Virus record (IMG/VR): IMGVR_UViG_3300032401_000001
Span: 96,001-160,000 of that record
Length of the DNA: 64,000 bases
Origin: a virus
Reading direction: 5' to 3' (one strand)
Each line of letters opens with the position of its first letter. The first letter of the stretch is position 1. Under the pieces are notes generated by a model, which was given only the letters and a program-made list of their open reading frames with translations, did not search any database and was not told the DNA's origin. The translations under genes were made by a program, and so were the position numbers. Below, piece after piece: positions 54,210 through 63,534 of this stretch.

Positions 54210-54520
54210 TGCTGCCTCACCAACCACAGGCCAAGTGCCACACCGGCGAGACCGATGAGTGGGTCGCTGAGCCATCGATTGAACCAGACCTCTGGATGGC
54301 GGACCACCCCGAGCTTCTCTAGCACCTGCCATTCGAAGACCTCCCACAGTAGGGCGCCGGCGAGCACCACCACATAGGGCAGCCACCAGGAGTGCATGGC
54401 CTTGTTCTTTAGCGCCAGCGCGCCCCAGTTGAAGCCGATCACCACCCAGAAGCAGAGGTGGCAGAGCGTCCAGGTGTCGAAGAACGTCTGCCCGGTTTTG
54501 ATTGGCCAGAGCCAGCTCAT
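54206..54520 (-). CDS. multi-pass membrane protein
   Basis: DxWTxxH...WEVFE...SD motif; three hydrophobic segments. Confidence 0.65.
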   Translation of the reverse strand: MSWLWPIKTGQTFFDTWTLCHLCFWVVIGFNWGALALKNKAMHSWWLPYVVVLAGALLWEVFEWQVLEKLGVVRHPEVWFNRWLSDPLIGLAGVALGLWLVRQQ

Positions 54521-54786
54521 GGGTGTTCTCCGAAGTGGCCGTTGACGGCGACCGTGAGTTCACCTAACTGCTTGCCATGCTGCTGGTAGCCGGCCCGTAG
54601 CAGGCTCACGTCGGTCTTGATCTCTTGCAACTCGTCACGGATCTCCCGGTGCTCCTTCTCGTTCTTCTTGAGTAGATCGATGATCTGGTCCAACTTCTCA
54701 TCGAGAGTTGGACCGACCAGAATCTCCGGATCGGACTGCTCCTCCACGTCCGAGAACAGATCCTCGGGCTTCTCGTCTTTGGCCAT
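54517..54786 (-). CDS. small coiled-coil protein
   Basis: Heptad pattern; coupled to the next gene. Confidence 0.6.
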   Translation of the reverse strand: MAKDEKPEDLFSDVEEQSDPEILVGPTLDEKLDQIIDLLKKNEKEHREIRDELQEIKTDVSLLRAGYQQHGKQLGELTVAVNGHFGEHP

Positions 54787-55039
54787 TCGTTCCTACCTTC
54801 TCTGGGGGTTGGATCTTGGTCTGCAAGACCACCTTTTGCTGCGGAAGGGGGGCGGGAGGCGCCGGTCGCACCAGCAGGCTCGGGGAGCAGTGAATCTCCC
54901 GGTCGGCCTCGGCTGCCCGCAGCTCAGTCAGCTCGTTCTCGGTGAGCAGCTTCTCGTCCAGCTCCAGGGAAGTCGAGCGGGGCAAGGACTTGCCCAGCAA
55001 GCGAACCGGACCTCGGGTGCGGTTGTAGACCTGCATCAT
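54698..55039 (-). CDS. hypothetical protein
   Basis: GAGGA SD; 3' end overlaps the next gene. Confidence 0.5.
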   Translation of the reverse strand: MMQVYNRTRGPVRLLGKSLPRSTSLELDEKLLTENELTELRAAEADREIHCSPSLLVRPAPPAPLPQQKVVLQTKIQPPEKVGTNGQRREARGSVLGRGGAVRSGDSGRSNSR

Positions 55040-55043
55040 GTCC

Positions 55044-56027
55044 TCAGACCGTCTGCATCCGGGCGGTGGTCATGTACCACGCCCCGTGCAGGCCAGAGTG
55101 CCCGGAGTTGTGCAGGGTGACCTTGCCCTTCCAGTGGGGCATGATGGTCTTGGGCTCGACCGCCGGGATGTTGAAGTCGAGCACCCCATCTCCGAGGAGT
55201 GGGAGCTTGTTGGCGAACCGGATGAGCGGGATGTCGATGGCGAACAGGTTGAAGTGCGACGCCTGCGGTGTGCCGATTGAGATCGTGCCCTTCCCGGTGT
55301 TGGGCTTGTTCCACTCGAAGAAGCCTGAGCAGGCGCCGGTCACCGGGTTCCAGGCCGGCACGGGGATGGCTGTGGCCAGGTCCACATCGAAGGCGCCGTT
55401 GCCGGCGGCCGGGACGATGAGGATGGCCGCGCCGATGCCGGGGTCCACAAGGTTGCAGTTCCCGGTCCCGCCGGCGTTGGGGACCACCGGGGTGGCCGGA
55501 GCGTAGACCTCCATCGTGGCGTAGTCCCCCGCCTCGGCCCCCTTGCAGCTCATGCCGCCGCCGGCGATGAGCACCCAATCCAGGTAGGACCACTCCATCG
55601 TCGTGTCACCAGCGACGTCGCTGCTGAGTGCGAAGGGCGTCCCCGCACCACGCACCGTGGCGCTGTCTCCAGAGCCTGCCAGGTACAGGTAGACGCCGTT
55701 GGGGAACAAGCAGGGCAGCGAAGCGGGCGTCCCGTCTGTACCCTTGGGGGTCACCGACCAGTTGCAGAGGTCTTCGTAGTGGTCCTCGAAGTCGGCCTTG
55801 TCCGTGTCGTTCTGCTCCTGGGTATATCCTGCTGCAACGACGGTCCAGGGAACCTCGCCGGTCCAGAGGGTAGTCTCGTAGCACAGGTTGGGACCATCGA
55901 AGCCGAACACCTTGATGGCGTCAGCCTCCCGATCGCACTGCATGACCATGCGCTTGAGGTTCCAGACCGCCTTGAGGTCAGCCCAGCGGATCGAGACGAC
56001 CGTGGTGTTCGCGCCGAAGTTGATCAT
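55044..56027 (-). CDS. putative virion protein
   Basis: TGATG coupling at 56027. Confidence 0.65.
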   Translation of the reverse strand: MINFGANTTVVSIRWADLKAVWNLKRMVMQCDREADAIKVFGFDGPNLCYETTLWTGEVPWTVVAAGYTQEQNDTDKADFEDHYEDLCNWSVTPKGTDGTPASLPCLFPNGVYLYLAGSGDSATVRGAGTPFALSSDVAGDTTMEWSYLDWVLIAGGGMSCKGAEAGDYATMEVYAPATPVVPNAGGTGNCNLVDPGIGAAILIVPAAGNGAFDVDLATAIPVPAWNPVTGACSGFFEWNKPNTGKGTISIGTPQASHFNLFAIDIPLIRFANKLPLLGDGVLDFNIPAVEPKTIMPHWKGKVTLHNSGHSGLHGAWYMTTARMQTV

Positions 56028-56767
56028 CAGAACTCCACGTACTCGAAGAAACCGTAGGCAGTTGAGGCGGTCGCCGCGAAGGGGCGCTCCACCAGCCACA
56101 CGAAGTCGGGACCAGGGAGCGCCAGCGGGATCTTGAACTCGTGGTCGCAGTAGTTGGCAGCGGAATGTACGAACGTCGCTCCCAAGCCCTTCTGTGGCGA
56201 GTGGGTATCCAGTGGGTCGCCCGAGTGGTTGAAGGTGGCGGCGCCGCCTACGACTGAGCCCCCCGAAGTGATGCACAGCAGGTAGCAGGTCTTGCCCGAC
56301 GGGACGTAGTGGTGTGCCCAATACGTCATGTTGTCGGAGGTGGCGATGCTACCCCACACCGAGCCCCCGCCACCGGTCTGGGTGTAGATGGAGATCGTAC
56401 CCGCGTTGCCACCACCCTGGTTGCCGGTGACGATGACCTCCATCTTCTCCAGGAAGGCGATGTCGGTGGCTACGGTGTTGACGGCCGTGGTGCCGTTGAG
56501 GGTGATGTCTTCGGTCTTCAGCTCGTAGCTGGTGTTGAGGTAGGTGATCCGTACCTGCCGCGCTCCAGTTCCAGCGGCCGTGTCGTTGACGTTGCTGGAC
56601 TTGATGGACCGCTGGGCGTTGGTCCCCTGGGGTGTGTAGGCAGTCGCTCTGATGGCGACGCCGCCTGTGCCAGAAGTACCGACGTAGCCGCCCCGCTGGT
56701 TGGCGATGTGATCCTGCATCATGCCCAGCGCTGCGGCCCACTCGAAGCTGTAGGTTGTGCCCGGCAT
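56027..56767 (-). CDS. putative virion beta-sandwich protein
   Basis: 246 aa; coupled on both sides. Confidence 0.65.
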   Translation of the reverse strand: MPGTTYSFEWAAALGMMQDHIANQRGGYVGTSGTGGVAIRATAYTPQGTNAQRSIKSSNVNDTAAGTGARQVRITYLNTSYELKTEDITLNGTTAVNTVATDIAFLEKMEVIVTGNQGGGNAGTISIYTQTGGGGSVWGSIATSDNMTYWAHHYVPSGKTCYLLCITSGGSVVGGAATFNHSGDPLDTHSPQKGLGATFVHSAANYCDHEFKIPLALPGPDFVWLVERPFAATASTAYGFFEYVEF

Positions 56768-58068
56768 CAGATCGCCTTGTCCCCGAAGAAGGTGGCGGCC
56801 AGATAGTTCACGCCCATCGCACCTAGTGTAAGGTCATCACGAATGGTGACCTTCACGAAGTCTGTGGTCCCAGTCTTGAGATAGAGCGAGCCCGGTGCGA
56901 AGCGGTATGAGGACACCATGACCACTGTGCTACCCGCCGAGTCTACGACCGGGACTTCACCAAACGTCCGCAGGAAGTCCTCGTTGATCTTGATGTTGTT
57001 CAGCGTGATGTTCGTACCGTTGTTGATCCGCATCTCGACCAAGATGCCCGTGGTAAGTCCGGCAGCGGCATTCTTGCCAAAGCCGATGCCCGACCAGTTG
57101 AAGCTGCCCGCCGAGAACACGAAGCGCAGCTCGTAGACCTCAATGTCCTTGGAAGCGTCGGCGTTGTAGGAGAAGACGACCGGCGTGACTGAGCCGTTCA
57201 CCTTCATGTTGTAGGAGCCTCCGGAGGTCTTCAGGTAGTCGGTGGCCAGGTTGGCGACGTCCGATGAACCAACGATGTTGACCGGGATGGCAGTCTGGTC
57301 GTTGGCCATGGTCACGGGGATGGACGAGGCCATCCCCTTCTGGCCCACCGTCGGAGCGGTGCTCCCGATCCACTGGGCGATGTTCTCCTGTGGCCGACCT
57401 GCCGTGTCCAGCAGGATGATCCGCTTGAGCCCGCCCCCATCAACGCCCGAGATCGAAACCGGGTTGGAGCTTGGCGCTACCCCGGTCGCTGACTTGCCCG
57501 CCACATACTGGTGGTTCTGTGCGTCCACTCCCGCAACGTTGGTGTCGTCAGTGATCTTGACCCGGCCGATGCGGTTGTCGCCCGTCGGCAGCGCGTCAGT
57601 GATCTTCTTGACGCCATCCGTGTTCTTGATGAGGGCGAGCGTGTCTTCGGTCGCCGGGTTGATGTAGCTCCCACTGGCGTTGATGAGCTTCGCCTGCTCC
57701 TGGAGCCGGTAGACCGAGCCGTCGAGGACTACGCTAACCGGGTTCCCACTAGCATCGTAGAGGACCGCCTTGACCTTCTGGTTGCCGTCGGCCTGGCGGG
57801 TGTAGATGGTGTCCAGTACCGAGTCGATGTCGGTGAGTTTGCCACTCTCCTTGGCCGGGTCGCTGGGGATGTTGTCCGTCTTGGTCTTGATGTCGGCCAG
57901 GTTGCCGCCGGTCTCCTTGGCCCCGGTGTAGAACGCCGAGCCGTCGTGGAGGCGGGTGGCAACCTTGAGCAGCTTGCTGCCCGCGTCGTCGATGACGCCT
58001 ATGATGTTGCCGCCCTCGTCGCAGAGGGCGAGCTGGCCACCTTGGACCTGTGTGATCGTCAGCGGCAT
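56767..58068 (-). CDS. putative virion fibre protein
   Basis: 433 aa; ATEDTL/KESG fibre-like repeats. Confidence 0.65.
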   Translation of the reverse strand: MPLTITQVQGGQLALCDEGGNIIGVIDDAGSKLLKVATRLHDGSAFYTGAKETGGNLADIKTKTDNIPSDPAKESGKLTDIDSVLDTIYTRQADGNQKVKAVLYDASGNPVSVVLDGSVYRLQEQAKLINASGSYINPATEDTLALIKNTDGVKKITDALPTGDNRIGRVKITDDTNVAGVDAQNHQYVAGKSATGVAPSSNPVSISGVDGGGLKRIILLDTAGRPQENIAQWIGSTAPTVGQKGMASSIPVTMANDQTAIPVNIVGSSDVANLATDYLKTSGGSYNMKVNGSVTPVVFSYNADASKDIEVYELRFVFSAGSFNWSGIGFGKNAAAGLTTGILVEMRINNGTNITLNNIKINEDFLRTFGEVPVVDSAGSTVVMVSSYRFAPGSLYLKTGTTDFVKVTIRDDLTLGAMGVNYLAATFFGDKAI

Positions 58069-58069
58069 G

Positions 58070-58591
58070 CTACACGTCCCTCGTGATGGCTTCGCCCGTC
58101 AGGTGCTGGCCGGTGTAGCTGTAGACGATGGTGATCTGCCCCAGCACCGTGACTCCGTTGGCCGCGAAGACCTTGCGGACTTCCTGCGTGACGCGAGCCC
58201 CAGTGTACGTGTAGTCCACTTGCTTGAGCAAGGAAGCGTCGCTGTGCCGCTTCCACTGTTCCTGGTCGACCCGGTTGCCGGTGTAGGTGTTGGTGTAGTC
58301 CGTCGAGGGTGTTGGCGGTTCGCACTCCAGGTACAGGTTGATGAGGTCGCCAACGGCCGCGAGCTGGGTGAGGGTGTAGCCGCTCGGGTTGTTGGCGTCC
58401 TTGAACATCATGTCGTTGATGTCGCGCCAGATGACCGTGGACTCGTCGATGAGCCCAGGGTCATCCAGCACGATACCAGCGCACTCGATGTGGTCTTCTT
58501 CGGGGTTGAGCCCGGTGGGGACCTCGTCGTCTTCATCGCCACCGGACTCGATGGATTCGAGCTTCAGCGGCTTGACTCGGTCGAGGGCCAC
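58070..58591 (-). CDS. putative virion protein
   Basis: AGGAGG SD; 173 aa. Confidence 0.65.
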   Translation of the reverse strand: MALDRVKPLKLESIESGGDEDDEVPTGLNPEEDHIECAGIVLDDPGLIDESTVIWRDINDMMFKDANNPSGYTLTQLAAVGDLINLYLECEPPTPSTDYTNTYTGNRVDQEQWKRHSDASLLKQVDYTYTGARVTQEVRKVFAANGVTVLGQITIVYSYTGQHLTGEAITRDV

Positions 58592-58601
58592 ACCAGCCTC
58601 C

Positions 58602-58645
58602 TAAGAAAACGGGCGAGGCGAGTGCGAACCCGCCCCGCCCGTTGG
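58602..58645 (-). terminator. intrinsic terminator
   Basis: ACGGGCG...CGCCCGT hairpin with a TTTTC tail on the minus strand. Confidence 0.5.
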
Positions 58646-58664
58646 GCTTCAGACTACTGCTGGA

Positions 58665-60614
58665 CTACGCGGCCTTCTTGCCGTAGTCCACGATGCGGAC
58701 GAAGAGATCGTCGGCGCTGAGGCAGATGCCGACCTGGATGATGCGCTTGCCGCCGTACCCTGTGGTGACGTCGGTGGTCAGGCCGCCACCGTTCTTGAGG
58801 TAGACCGGGACGCCAGGGCCGGCGCCGGTGACGCCCGTGACGGCGCCGATGATGACGCCGGTCACGACCACCGGGATGGCCGTGATCGTGGTCACACTGC
58901 GAGCCACGCCGATGACCCGGCTCTGGGCATCGGGCGTGGTGTTGGCCTTGTCGATCCGGTTGGCGGTGCTGGTGATGTAGACCGGATCGAAGGCGGCAAC
59001 GGTGCCGCCCGTGCCGTTCAGCGGCAGCTCGACCTTGGGCGCCGAGGTGGCGATCAGGCTGCTGTGGGTGTGGAGGGTGTCGCAGTTGCTGGCCGCACCG
59101 TTCGTCAGGAGGTTGAGGTTGGCTGCCGTGACGGCGCCGCCTCCGAGACCACCAGGGGTCTGGCTGGTGGCCGAACCACCGATCTCGAACAGGTTGGGCA
59201 CGCCCTTGACGCTGAGGCCCGCGCCGGTACCGTCGAGCTGAAGGGTCGTGCCCTGGAGCTTGATCTCCAGACCGAAGGTGCTGGACTGCTTGCGCTGGAG
59301 ACCGCCGTTGGGGGCCACCGCCACGCGGAGCTTGCCACCGGCGGCGTTGGCGTCGAACTCCAGGCCCGAGATGCGCGAAGCCGTCGGAGCGCCGGCGCCC
59401 TGGGCGTCTGCGCCGTCGTCCAGGTGGACCTGGATCGAGGTGACCAGCTTGATGAGGCCCTGGTCGTAGGTGTAGGACGGGCTGCCCGAGAACTGCGCCC
59501 AGGCGTTGGGCGTGGTGTCGGGGTTGATCGGGTCGGCCGTGATGCAGCTCCAGCCGGTGTCCTTGAACTTGGTGCCGTCCACGACGAAGACGTAGACGCC
59601 GGTGTGGAACTCGGTGGCGCTCTGGATGTCGCAGTCGGTGGCGCGGGTCAGCTTGAACTTCGCTCCGGCACCGTCACCCAGGGTGGTGACGGTGTAGATG
59701 CCGTTGTAGGGGGCGGGGGTGACCTCGTCACCGTACTCGGAGGCCACCAGCACGCGCTGGCCCACACCCGTCGCCGCGAAGGTGTGGCCGTCGATGGTGT
59801 TGTAGGCGACGCTGTCGGTCGGGGCTTCGAGGGTCGAGTTCGTCCCACCCGGACCGCCACCACTGGTGAAGGCGAAGCCGGTGCCCGTGGCCGGAGCCGC
59901 GACCGCGATGCCCGTCTTGCCCACGAGATCGCCGGGAGTGGTCTCGACGACGTTGGCCACGAGGACCCGCGACTTGGCGCCGGTCCACTTGTCGTAGAGG
60001 TCGATGTTGGTGCCGGCGAGGTTGACCCGGGCGTAGAGGAAGGTGTCGCCGGGACCGTATGCCGCCTGCATCGCGTTGTTGATGGTGGTCGCGACCGCCG
60101 CCAGGCTGGCCTCGGCGACGAACGTCACGGTGACGATGGTGGTGCTGTAGGGGTCGTGGACCTTGAAGTCGAACTTCTCACCAGCCATCGGCAGGGCGAC
60201 ACCACCGGCGCCCGCCCCAGCCAGCTTGGCGTTGGTGCCGAGGCCGCTGACGACCTTGGCGTAGACCCCGGCGTGGGGGTCGAGGCCCTGGGCGAGGGCA
60301 TCGACGTAGGACTTGGTGACCGCATCATCGGGCTCGGTCGGGGTCGCCAGGTTGTTGATCTGGTTGTGCCCCATGTCCACGTCGCCAGAGAACTCGGTCG
60401 TCCCCAGGAGCACGTTGTTCTGGCCATAGGCCAGTGCGTCCCCGGTGGTCGTACCGGGCGACAGCTCCGTGATCTTGTGGGAGTTCATGTCGATTCCGGT
60501 ACCGCCGACGGAATCGATCGAGAGCTTACCGAGAGTCATCTCGTCGGTATGCCCCATCTCCTCGTGGAAGCCTTCAGCTGAATCCATGAACAGGGGCTTG
60601 CGTGGTTGACCCAT
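58665..60614 (-). CDS. head/tail fibre protein with C-terminal decoration-like module
   Basis: DAVTKSYVD fibre motif; 649 aa. Confidence 0.7.
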   Translation of the reverse strand: MGQPRKPLFMDSAEGFHEEMGHTDEMTLGKLSIDSVGGTGIDMNSHKITELSPGTTTGDALAYGQNNVLLGTTEFSGDVDMGHNQINNLATPTEPDDAVTKSYVDALAQGLDPHAGVYAKVVSGLGTNAKLAGAGAGGVALPMAGEKFDFKVHDPYSTTIVTVTFVAEASLAAVATTINNAMQAAYGPGDTFLYARVNLAGTNIDLYDKWTGAKSRVLVANVVETTPGDLVGKTGIAVAAPATGTGFAFTSGGGPGGTNSTLEAPTDSVAYNTIDGHTFAATGVGQRVLVASEYGDEVTPAPYNGIYTVTTLGDGAGAKFKLTRATDCDIQSATEFHTGVYVFVVDGTKFKDTGWSCITADPINPDTTPNAWAQFSGSPSYTYDQGLIKLVTSIQVHLDDGADAQGAGAPTASRISGLEFDANAAGGKLRVAVAPNGGLQRKQSSTFGLEIKLQGTTLQLDGTGAGLSVKGVPNLFEIGGSATSQTPGGLGGGAVTAANLNLLTNGAASNCDTLHTHSSLIATSAPKVELPLNGTGGTVAAFDPVYITSTANRIDKANTTPDAQSRVIGVARSVTTITAIPVVVTGVIIGAVTGVTGAGPGVPVYLKNGGGLTTDVTTGYGGKRIIQVGICLSADDLFVRIVDYGKKAA

Positions 60615-60669
60615 CTTCTATCTCCTCTCGTTGGTCATGAGCTTTGCCCCTGTCCTTGCTCGGGGGAGG

Positions 60670-61128
60670 CTAGCTCGGGGAATCCTTCCGAAGATCCCGG
60701 ATCGTCCGGGACTCAGGTTCGATGGACATCTGCGTCGGGTCGAGTCCGTACTTCTTGCCCAGGCTCTGCACGAAGTCCTGGTACTCGGCCTTCTTGACCG
60801 TGACCAGGTCCTGGTAGTACTTCCGCTGACCCGAGCGCTGCGTCTGCTCGTGCTGGAACTTGGTGACGTACTCCTTCATGTCCTGCTCGGCCTTGCCGAA
60901 CTCCAGCTCGATGATGCGGATGCTCTGGAGGTGGTTCCGCAGCTCGGCATCGAGGGCGGCGAAGCGAGCCGCCTCGAGCTCGTCTACCTTCAATACGCCA
61001 TCTTGAGGGTTGACCGGCCCGTCAGGGGTGGTGGTGGCCTCCTGTGCATGCTTTTCGCACCATCCGTCACGAATGGCGGGCTTGCGACACTTCGGAGCGC
61101 TGCACTTCGGGGTCTTCATTCTGGCCAT
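60670..61128 (-). CDS. protein with N-terminal Cys/His zinc motif and coiled coil
   Basis: CSAPKC...WCEKH; GAGGA SD. Confidence 0.7.
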   Translation of the reverse strand: MARMKTPKCSAPKCRKPAIRDGWCEKHAQEATTTPDGPVNPQDGVLKVDELEAARFAALDAELRNHLQSIRIIELEFGKAEQDMKEYVTKFQHEQTQRSGQRKYYQDLVTVKKAEYQDFVQSLGKKYGLDPTQMSIEPESRTIRDLRKDSPS

Positions 61129-61218
61129 GGTGTCCTCTGTGGTGTTAGGTGGTCAGTGCTGGGTCTGTGATTTCTCTGCGCTTTAAGTATAGGAGATCCG
61201 CGTCGACTTTCGTAGTCG

Positions 61219-61632
61219 CTAGAACGTGCGTACGCCTATTTGTAGGCAGGGAAGCAGATCGAGTACTGTAGGGCTTAGCGGTGTGCCGATCTGCTGTACG
61301 TAGCGAATTTCACCCGGCGCACTTGGCGTAGGGATCGGATTCACGGGACGACCGTTGTCACCGACGGTATAGGTTCTCTGCGGCACCAGCCCGGTATAGA
61401 CGCCCAACACTGGACCCGAGAGCTGTACGATGCAGTCGGTGGTGCCCCACTTCTTGATGATGATGCCGATGGCGGGCATTCGACTACGTAGCGCGGGGTC
61501 AGCACGCCAGACACGGTAGACATCGCTGGAAGTGCTGCGGACTGCCACCAGGTCGCCGACTTGGTCAGTGAGCATGCAGAAGGCTCTGATTGCTGCGGAC
61601 GCTGTGTTTGACTTGGAGGCCTGCAGCCGCAT
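61219..61632 (-). CDS. decoration-module-only virion protein
   Basis: Matches the internal module shared with the fibre proteins. Confidence 0.55.
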   Translation of the reverse strand: MRLQASKSNTASAAIRAFCMLTDQVGDLVAVRSTSSDVYRVWRADPALRSRMPAIGIIIKKWGTTDCIVQLSGPVLGVYTGLVPQRTYTVGDNGRPVNPIPTPSAPGEIRYVQQIGTPLSPTVLDLLPCLQIGVRTF

Positions 61633-61654
61633 CGTCCGTCTCCGTCACAGCGTA

Positions 61655-61873
61655 TCACTTCCCGCGCTTGAGCAGGCGGACGAGGTTCCGTTTCGTAGCG
61701 TCGTAGTCGGCGTACGTCGAGTTCATGTACTCGCGTTCGTACAGCTTCAGATTCTCGGCGTCGATTTCGAACTGGAGGCACAACTGGTGGCCGTTGAAGC
61801 GATGCCCGGCGAGCGGGATGCCTTTCACGACCTTGATGAAGGTGGCCAGGTTGATGTCCGTGATTTCTTGCAT
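61655..61873 (-). CDS. small hypothetical protein
   Basis: Likely start MQEITDINLATF. Confidence 0.6.
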   Translation of the reverse strand: MQEITDINLATFIKVVKGIPLAGHRFNGHQLCLQFEIDAENLKLYEREYMNSTYADYDATKRNLVRLLKRGK

Positions 61874-61911
61874 GTCGTGTCCATGTTGATGGTCATGCTT
61901 TACGGCGTAAA

Positions 61912-61950
61912 GAAAAAGGCGCGTGGAGCTCAATGGCCCGCACGCGCCCT
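61912..61950 (-). terminator. intrinsic terminator after the capsid operon
   Basis: GGCGCGTG/CACGCGCC hairpin with a T-run on the minus strand. Confidence 0.6.
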
Positions 61951-61973
61951 CGGTGGCGACTGGCGACAAAGCC

Positions 61974-62456
61974 TCAGCGGGCGCGTCCACGTGGAACGCG
62001 GCCACCGCGTCCTCTCGTCGGTTCCTCACTGACTTCGGCGGATGGCACCGCGGCTTCGGACTCTGGCGCCGGTGCTTCGAGCTCTGGTGTCGAGACTTCG
62101 GACTCCGGTGTCGCGGCTTTGGGTTCCGGTGTTGGTACAGCGACCTCAGTCGGAGGAGCTGGGGGCGCGACCAGCAGCGGTTCCGGCGGTGGTGGCAGCG
62201 GTGGCGGCAGCGGTGGCGGAGGCGGCGGCGCGGTGACCATGGGGCTGACTGGGCTCGCGTCGACTACGGCTCCGAGACGTTCAGCACCGAGGCCATTGCC
62301 GATGTAGTTCTGCACCAAGGGGTGCTGGAACGTCCCGGCGGTGACGATGACGCTGTCGCCGGGCCGGGTGAAGAGCACCGGCATGCCGATCTCATCCGCG
62401 ACCTGGGATAGGTCGAGGGCACCAGTGCCCTGCCACGTCAGGCGGTACTTGACCAT
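61974..62456 (-). CDS. Pro/Glu-rich protein downstream of the major capsid gene
   Basis: GGAGG SD; low-complexity C-terminus. Confidence 0.7.
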   Translation of the reverse strand: MVKYRLTWQGTGALDLSQVADEIGMPVLFTRPGDSVIVTAGTFQHPLVQNYIGNGLGAERLGAVVDASPVSPMVTAPPPPPPLPPPLPPPPEPLLVAPPAPPTEVAVPTPEPKAATPESEVSTPELEAPAPESEAAVPSAEVSEEPTRGRGGRVPRGRAR

Positions 62457-62531
62457 GTCGGCCTCCGGTACGCGACGACAGCCCGGTGCCGAGGCGCAGG
62501 GCTGCGTCGGGTACGTGATGCTCGCGCTGGT

Positions 62532-63449
62532 CTACGCGCCGGGGAGCGCGCCGACCTGGAACGCGATCGTGTTGCCGATGCCGATGCCCGGGGCCGCGTA
62601 CGACCAGAACTCGATGACGTCGGCTTCCTGCTTGATGTACAGCGTGGCGTCCTGCAGCAGGAAGAAGTTCCCCAGGAAGTTCTCCGGCGCGAAGACGTAG
62701 AACTTCTTCGGGTTGAGGATGTCCGACTTCATCGTCGAGACGACCGGCATGCCCCAGAGCTTCTCTTCGGCCTCGATGCCCTGGTCGTAGTGGCGCGACG
62801 CGATGTCGTCGCCGACCATGGTCGCCGGCAGGTCGAGGGACTCGTAGTAGAGCTGCTTGGTCATCAGGATCTTGCCGACCGGCTGCCGCCGCGCGAGCAT
62901 CGCCTGGAAGCAGGTGCGGAAGGCGGTGCTGTTGAAGGCGGGGGCCGCGGTCAGCTGGACCGCCGCGTTCAGCGCGACCAGGGCGTCGATCGTCTCGACG
63001 AACTTCTTGTCCTCCTGGTCCGCCATATCCTTCACCGAGTTGTCGGAGAGGATCTTGCGGATGTCGTTCTGGTACGTCATCAGCTCCCACTTGTTCTTGG
63101 TGAACCGCTGGCTCTCCGTCTTGCCGAACTTCACGGCGTAGCGGGGGCCGCGGAACCAGGTGCGGGGGCCGGCGCCCTGGAAGGTCACGAAGGTGGCCAC
63201 GGAATCGGGCTCCTTCTCGACGATCTTCTTGGGCTGGTCCGTGTTCTCGTCACGGTCGATCTCGTCGTCCGCGAGGAGAATCGGGTTGATGATCTCGCGG
63301 GCGAAGGACTCCTGACGGACCTTCGTGCGGATGAAGGCCGACCCCTCATCCTGTGCTTCCTTGACCCGGCCCTCTTCGAGCTTCCGGACGAAGTTCGAGT
63401 TGATGAGCTGGGCCGCGACCTCTTTGGTCTCGGTCATGTAAGCGGGCAT
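62532..63449 (-). CDS. major capsid protein (probable HK97 fold)
   Basis: 305 aa, extreme GC3 bias, GGAGG SD, follows the decoration gene; FIRTKVRQESFAREII motif. Confidence 0.8.
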   Translation of the reverse strand: MPAYMTETKEVAAQLINSNFVRKLEEGRVKEAQDEGSAFIRTKVRQESFAREIINPILLADDEIDRDENTDQPKKIVEKEPDSVATFVTFQGAGPRTWFRGPRYAVKFGKTESQRFTKNKWELMTYQNDIRKILSDNSVKDMADQEDKKFVETIDALVALNAAVQLTAAPAFNSTAFRTCFQAMLARRQPVGKILMTKQLYYESLDLPATMVGDDIASRHYDQGIEAEEKLWGMPVVSTMKSDILNPKKFYVFAPENFLGNFFLLQDATLYIKQEADVIEFWSYAAPGIGIGNTIAFQVGALPGA

Positions 63450-63534
63450 GGTTTCCTCCGAAGCCTTAGCACCGGTTCCCCGGCGCCTTCTTGTGGTTCA
63501 GCGTACAACACGAATTGGGTCGCCCTCGCGTCCG

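Noticed and set aside
26345-60581. Long plus-strand ORFs (26345-27961, 35424-37445, 52191-54377, 59064-60581 and similar)
   Set aside because: These are antisense shadows of GC3-rich minus-strand genes, with no SD signals or protein motifs.
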